Assembly: GCF_009914755.1 (NCBI RefSeq) | Contig: NC_060929.1 | Strand: one strand, 5' to 3' | Source: the human T2T-CHM13v2.0 reference genome, Homo sapiens | Length of the DNA stretch: 64,000 nucleotides | In this document: piece after piece, positions 58,601-64,000 of the stretch | How the letters are laid out: each line of letters opens with the position of its first letter | Position numbering within the stretch: position 1 is the first letter of the stretch | Notes under the pieces: model-generated | Databases searched by the model: none | What the model was told of the DNA's origin: nothing | The model's input: only the letters and a program-made list of their open reading frames with translations | Made by a program: the position numbers and the translations under genes

Positions 58601-60957
58601 AACTGGGTTAGTTGGTTTTGTGGCTTTGTCTGTCATTGCTATTCGTGTGTATGTGTGTGTGTGTGTGTGTGCATGTTAGTGGCTAGGTATATGTGTATGT
58701 TTGGCCATCTTTGAACTAAAATTATCTAAGTACCAATATTATTTCCTTCTGATTTATTGCCCTTGGCAAAGACCTTATGCATAAATTATGCATGCTGTCG
58801 TCCTCTCTCTAGGGGTCAATTTGTCTAGGCAGGATCAAATCAAAGACCAAAAGAAAACATAGAAGGCCTCTGAACACTCAAAATATCACAGAGTTCAATC
58901 ACTTAACTCAGAGGAGAGCTCCTCAGGCCTTCCTAACTCTTAAGTCTACTGACTCTTACTTCATTCACAATTCTTATAAGGCCAATCATTTCCTTTCCCA
59001 GTCCGAGAATATTAGAAGCAGCTCAGATGGAATATATAAGAAAGTGAGACACTTGCCTATTTTATAGTAAAATATGCTTACATGTTTCACAGTGAAAAAT
59101 TAAGGAGAAACAAAAGAATAAACAAAAATTCAAACTGATGAATTCCAAAAGCCTGGGAGTTTGGGGTTTATCGGTGCAGGAGCCAAGAACTATATTCACC
59201 TGAACAGACCCAGAAACATCGCCAAATCACCGTTCCGCACAGAAGTGAGTTTAGATCTCTTTTTAAGAGTTGAGGATCTCTTTTTAAGAAAGCCAGAAAG
59301 GCATCATCTGTTTTTTAAGGTTTCCATCCAAAATGGTTAATATGAACGGTTCATAGTGCAAGGTCAGCTTCAGTTGCAGAACATCCTCTCTGCAGACACA
59401 GGCTCAGTGAGGCAGCAACATCTTCAGCGGGTTCCATGGTGGTGCCGGAGGTCATTCTCAGCTGCCCAACAAGAGTGCTCTCCCTCCCCAGTGGCAGGCC
59501 CCTCTCATCCACCTTCTGCCTCCTCTGTGCAGCCCACTGAGGCCAGCATGGTGTTACCCACACTTCAAGCCCCACAAGCTTCAGTAGCTGGCAAAGACAC
59601 GCGGGACTCGGTGTGGAAGCAGAGAATCCCACTCTGGTGCCCTCTCTGACAGCCAGGCCATATCCCTCTAATGAGCAGGTCTTTCTATTTGGAAGAGAAA
59701 ACTCTACATGTTCCCTTGGTCACCTAGTTTAGTGACCACTGGCTCTTACCGTAACTCCCACACTCTCTGCTTCAGCATCATTCATTATAATTAATTACTG
59801 ATTAATGGAAAGGCCACAGGTGTTTAAGGAAGCCATACGGCTGCATTGTGGAGAATGGATTGCAGGACCCGTGGTATGGGTCCACGCAGGAGGTCCACGC
59901 AGGAAGTCCACGCAGAGACACGTCTGCCCGATGGGTTGCTCTCCACAGAAGGCAGGCTGAAGGGGTATCTGAGAAGGTATCTAACATCTTCTTGGATATT
60001 ACTTGGGCAAAATGGTGCTGGGAAGACAGGGGTTTTCCTCCTTGATACTGGGGCACCTACTTTAGCCTTTCTGGGGCAGACATACATCTCCCCCTCTGAC
60101 CCTCGCTTCCAGACCTCTGGGTGGTCTCACTGAGTGCCCTTGTCTTAGTGATCAGGATCCCTATATCAGGTCTTTGAGCCAGGATAGGCAAGAGCCCAGG
60201 TACCCATGGCCTCCTTGTCTTTAACCCTTCATAGGGCCCAGCCCTGGCATTTCAATGGCTCCTTTCTCTGGCGCTCAATGAAACATTCTTCCGAGAAGAT
60301 TATTGAAAGCAGAGCTCTGGGTACACAATGGGCGCTCTGTGCTCACAGCCGCTGCCCAATCTGTTTGCCCAGCCTGACTGTGGCCTCACCTCTCCACACA
60401 CTCCCCACCCTCCACCCACCCGACCCCGGTCCCACCCCAAGGCCTGCTCAAAGGGAGGTCGTATGAAAGGACTTGTTCTCCATGTTCTCAGAAGTTCCCG
60501 CCCTGGCCTCTTCCAACCTTGAGAGGAATTAGCCTAATGGGACCCAGGCCTGCCTCCAGCCCATCCATCCAGGGCTCTGCCCACTTTGATGTCCAGAGGC
60601 TTCTGTCATCACTGGTCAGCTGCAGTTTCTCTCTTATACAAACACCCCCCACACACACATACACACAAACACACACATACTTTCAAAGAAAGAGGTGAAG
60701 TCCCAGAGAATCAAATAGAGAGTGGCAGTGCTCAGATGCAGACAAACAGAGGGGCTCCCAAAAGTGAGGGTGGCAGGCTGCCCCCCAACCCCACCACGAG
60801 GGCCTTCCAAGGCTCAGGGAAGGAAAAAGCGTGTTCTGGTTAAATGTGAGACTCCTAGAACTAGATCGCCTGTGTTCTAGCCCAGCTCTGCCATTTGCTA
60901 GCTGCATGACTTAACCTCTCTGTGCCCAGTTTTCTTACTTGTAAAATGGGGGTGAGA

Positions 60958-61011
60958 GGAAGAAGAAGAAGAAGAGGAGGAGGAGGAGGAGGAGGAGAAG
61001 GAGAAGGAGAA
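60958..61011 (+). repeat. (GAA)n(GGA)n compound purine microsatellite inside a MIR
   Basis: Direct observation. Confidence 0.9.
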
Positions 61012-63197
61012 ATATATAACCTCATAAGATTGTTGTGAGGATTACAACAGACAAGGCTTCTGAAGCTCTTAGCACAGTGCCTGGTATACAATTAGCTCTC
61101 TGAAAATGGTAGCTATTATTGTTTTTGTTACTAAGCTTTGTTGTTGTTATACTTAGATTCTATTTCTACAAGTGTATAGCCTCAGGGCAAAAATCTACAT
61201 TCCCCTGATCAAGTTATTCTCCTCCAAAATTTCAATAGCCACTAGCTGCCTGAAATAAAAAGCTCGAGCGTTTAGCCTGGCATTCAGCACTAGAACTTTG
61301 CCTTCCTTCTTCATGATAATGTCACTGGATATATGGAAGGTAAATGGGTCCCGTCACTACTATTACTGCTGTCATTGTCATCATCTACTATACTTGGAGA
61401 AACTGGCTTTTAGCACAAATGATAAGAGACACTGCCTGAAATAAAAATAAATAAATTAAAAAAACCTGACTCGATACCAAATTGAAATTCGGAAGTGATA
61501 ATAATAATATAATAGCTTACATTTATTGACGATCTACTGTGCCAGGTACCATGCGTAACTCTTTATATCTATTATCTCACTAAATTCTTACCTACCTATA
61601 AGGTAGGTAAAATTATTATCATTATCTGCATCTTGCCCATGGAGAAACCGAGAAACACAGAAAGGGTGAGTAACTTGCCCAAAGTCACACAGCTAGAAAG
61701 TGTCAAGGCCATGATTTGAATATAGGTGTCAAACCTATTGCCTGCTGCATTAAAGTCCCCACCATATGCTCTCCTGTCACCAAGCCTGTGAATGGGGTCC
61801 CCTCTGCACTTGAGTGGTTAGATGCCAACGCTCCCAATGCACTGGAATGCCCTGGCAGTGGGCCCCAGAGGCCTGAGAGGTCTGAGTGGGCCTAGGAGTG
61901 ACATGAGTGCATGCTCTGGGAGACGCCCTCCACCCCCTGCCACGCTGGGATGCTGGGTGGAGCTGCCTCCAGCACTGCTCTGCTCCTCCCAGACTGAGTG
62001 GGAATTGATCCATCTTGGAAGCCGCTCTCAGGCTTGTCCCCTGCCCTTCCCATTCCCTCCTTGAGGCTCCCTTGCCTGCTCCAATAGCTTCAGGATGTCC
62101 CAAAGCCCCTTGAGGCAGAGGCTTCCTCTGGCTTTCTATGTTCTCAGATCCAGATGTCACCTGTCAGCTCTGCCTCCCTGTGAAATGAGAGTCAGTCTCT
62201 CGGGGCAGCAATCTTGCTGGGTTTTTCTTCTAAGGGATAGCACAACCCAGCCCCCGCTGCCTCCTGGCCTTGGCTAGACTGCTCAAAGCCAGAGATGCTC
62301 TCTAATGACAGGGATGAGGCTTGCCTCTGTTCCCATGGCAACTACTGTGCTCTGCTAAGTCAATCACTTTTGAAGTTCCTGCTGGTGCTAAAGTTATTTT
62401 GCATAGAAGTGCTGAACCCTTATCCAAGAACTCTGTTCTGAGTCTTTAGATCCTTTCAGGTCTCTTAAAAGTTGATTTTCCCTTTCCCTTCCTTTGTTGA
62501 AGTCCTTTAATCTTTAAAGCCCAGCTCAAATCCCACCGCTTCCAAGAGACTTTTCTAGACCTCCTCCTCCCTTCCTTCCCTATTCAGTCAATCTCTTGCT
62601 CTCCACAGTCCCCTGGGGCATGTTTATGGTTCTATTAGATCACAGTCTGCCTGTTTCAGAGTTATTTATGTGTCTCTTTCTGAGCCCCTGGTGAGTGATC
62701 AGCCCATAGTAGGTGCTAAACAAACATTTGTTTGAATTTATTTGAATTTCCTTTCAGGGTTTTAAATATTTTCTATTATTAATAGTACAGGCCGTTACTA
62801 ATAATCCCTTACACTTGTAAAATTATTTACAGTTTATATATAGCTTCATGCTTGAGGGTACTGCTTTAAACCCCAGCTCCACCCTTCCTAGCTGTGTGAC
62901 CAGTATACAAGCCTTGTAGCCTCTCTCAACCTGCTTCTCATCAGTAACGTGGATTGTGGTAACGATAAAACTAAATGTGTAAAGGGTTTACTTAGCACAG
63001 GGCCGGATGTCCAGTGATCCTTCAATAAATGTTAATTATTATCATAACTCATGATCTTGTTTGGACCTCACGAAAGCTCTGGGATGTAAAAGGGGCAGGA
63101 ATTTTGTTAGTGTCATCATTGTTATCAATGACATATGAAGAGACTGAAGCTTAGAGAAGGTAAGAGTTGCCTAGGTGTTCAGACTTTAGTCAAATAC

Positions 63198-63690
63198 TGT
63201 GATGGGCACCTATTGTCTGCCTTGCAGCTGCTCCCCTTTCTTGGAAACAGAACCTAGATTTTCTTTGATGGGTTTCCACTGATGGGTTGACTCCAGGAGC
63301 AGGCTTGGACAATTAGAGCATCAAATGTCCCTGGTCAAAGTGATTAGTTCAGGAATGCACAAGTGACCTAAGACTGTCTAGTGAGACTCAATTCTGAGAA
63401 TTTTGTTTGGATTTTTGAGAACAAGATTGTTCATTGTCTCTTTGCTGCTAGACTTGGAGCAAGAAGATTAGAAGCCTGGACCTGCCTGGAGCTAACTGTA
63501 GTGAAGAGAAAAAAAGCAAAGTGAGAGGTAAAGACAGATTCCCAATAACACCATTTGAGTACATGGGTCCTTTCCAGTCCTACCTGAAGCTAGAACTACT
63601 CCCCTGGACTTCAGTTATGGGAACAATACGTTCCTTCTTTCTTACACCAATTTGTGTTGACATCTGTCACTTGCTACTGGATGAGTACCA
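63198..63690 (+). mobile_element. Old ERVL-class solo LTR (LTR16/LTR33/MLT-like)
   Basis: 3' end cctgaagc...ccctggacttcagtta...aata...tctgtcacttgc resembles these LTR families; subfamily uncertain. Confidence 0.6.
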
Positions 63691-64000
63691 ACTACTGCGA
63701 GAATGCTGTCTTATCCACACAGAAATCAAGGATCTCTTTATCCAATTCATTTGCTCAACAAGCACTTACTGAGCAACTATTATGTGCCTTTCACTCACTG
63801 GGACTAAGACTACAGATATGGACAAGACAAACCACCTGGCCCTCTTGGAGTTGATGGTCCATTGTCATTCCCTTAGACTTGTGAAGACACTGAGGCTCAG
63901 AGAGGAGAACACCCCAAAATATGTGTCCTTCACATGATTAAGAGTGCCTCGGTCCTGAATGAAGCTGGGCTGGAGCTGAGGCAGGCAGTGGTAATTGGCT

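Overview
Primate (human-like, chr5q32) genomic DNA containing two minus-strand genes in tandem. (1) CAMK2A (CaMKII alpha): promoter and coding exons 1-12 (943 nt, codons 1-315, covering the kinase domain and the regulatory segment with T286 and T305/T306); the gene continues beyond the left edge. (2) The complete two-exon ARSI (arylsulfatase I, 569 aa) with its CpG-island promoter. The rest is intronic or intergenic sequence rich in Alu, L1, L2, MIR, MER and LTR remnants, and nearly all other ORFs in the track are spurious. I see no evidence for a new gene system. The most notable sequence-level observations are: five RFX X-boxes plus two half-CREs packed into the CAMK2A promoter; a strong upstream 'poison' acceptor 31 nt before exon 9; three independent local duplications or templated insertions inside CAMK2A introns; paired perfect ARE/MARE sites in intron 3; and candidate uORFs in the ARSI leader.
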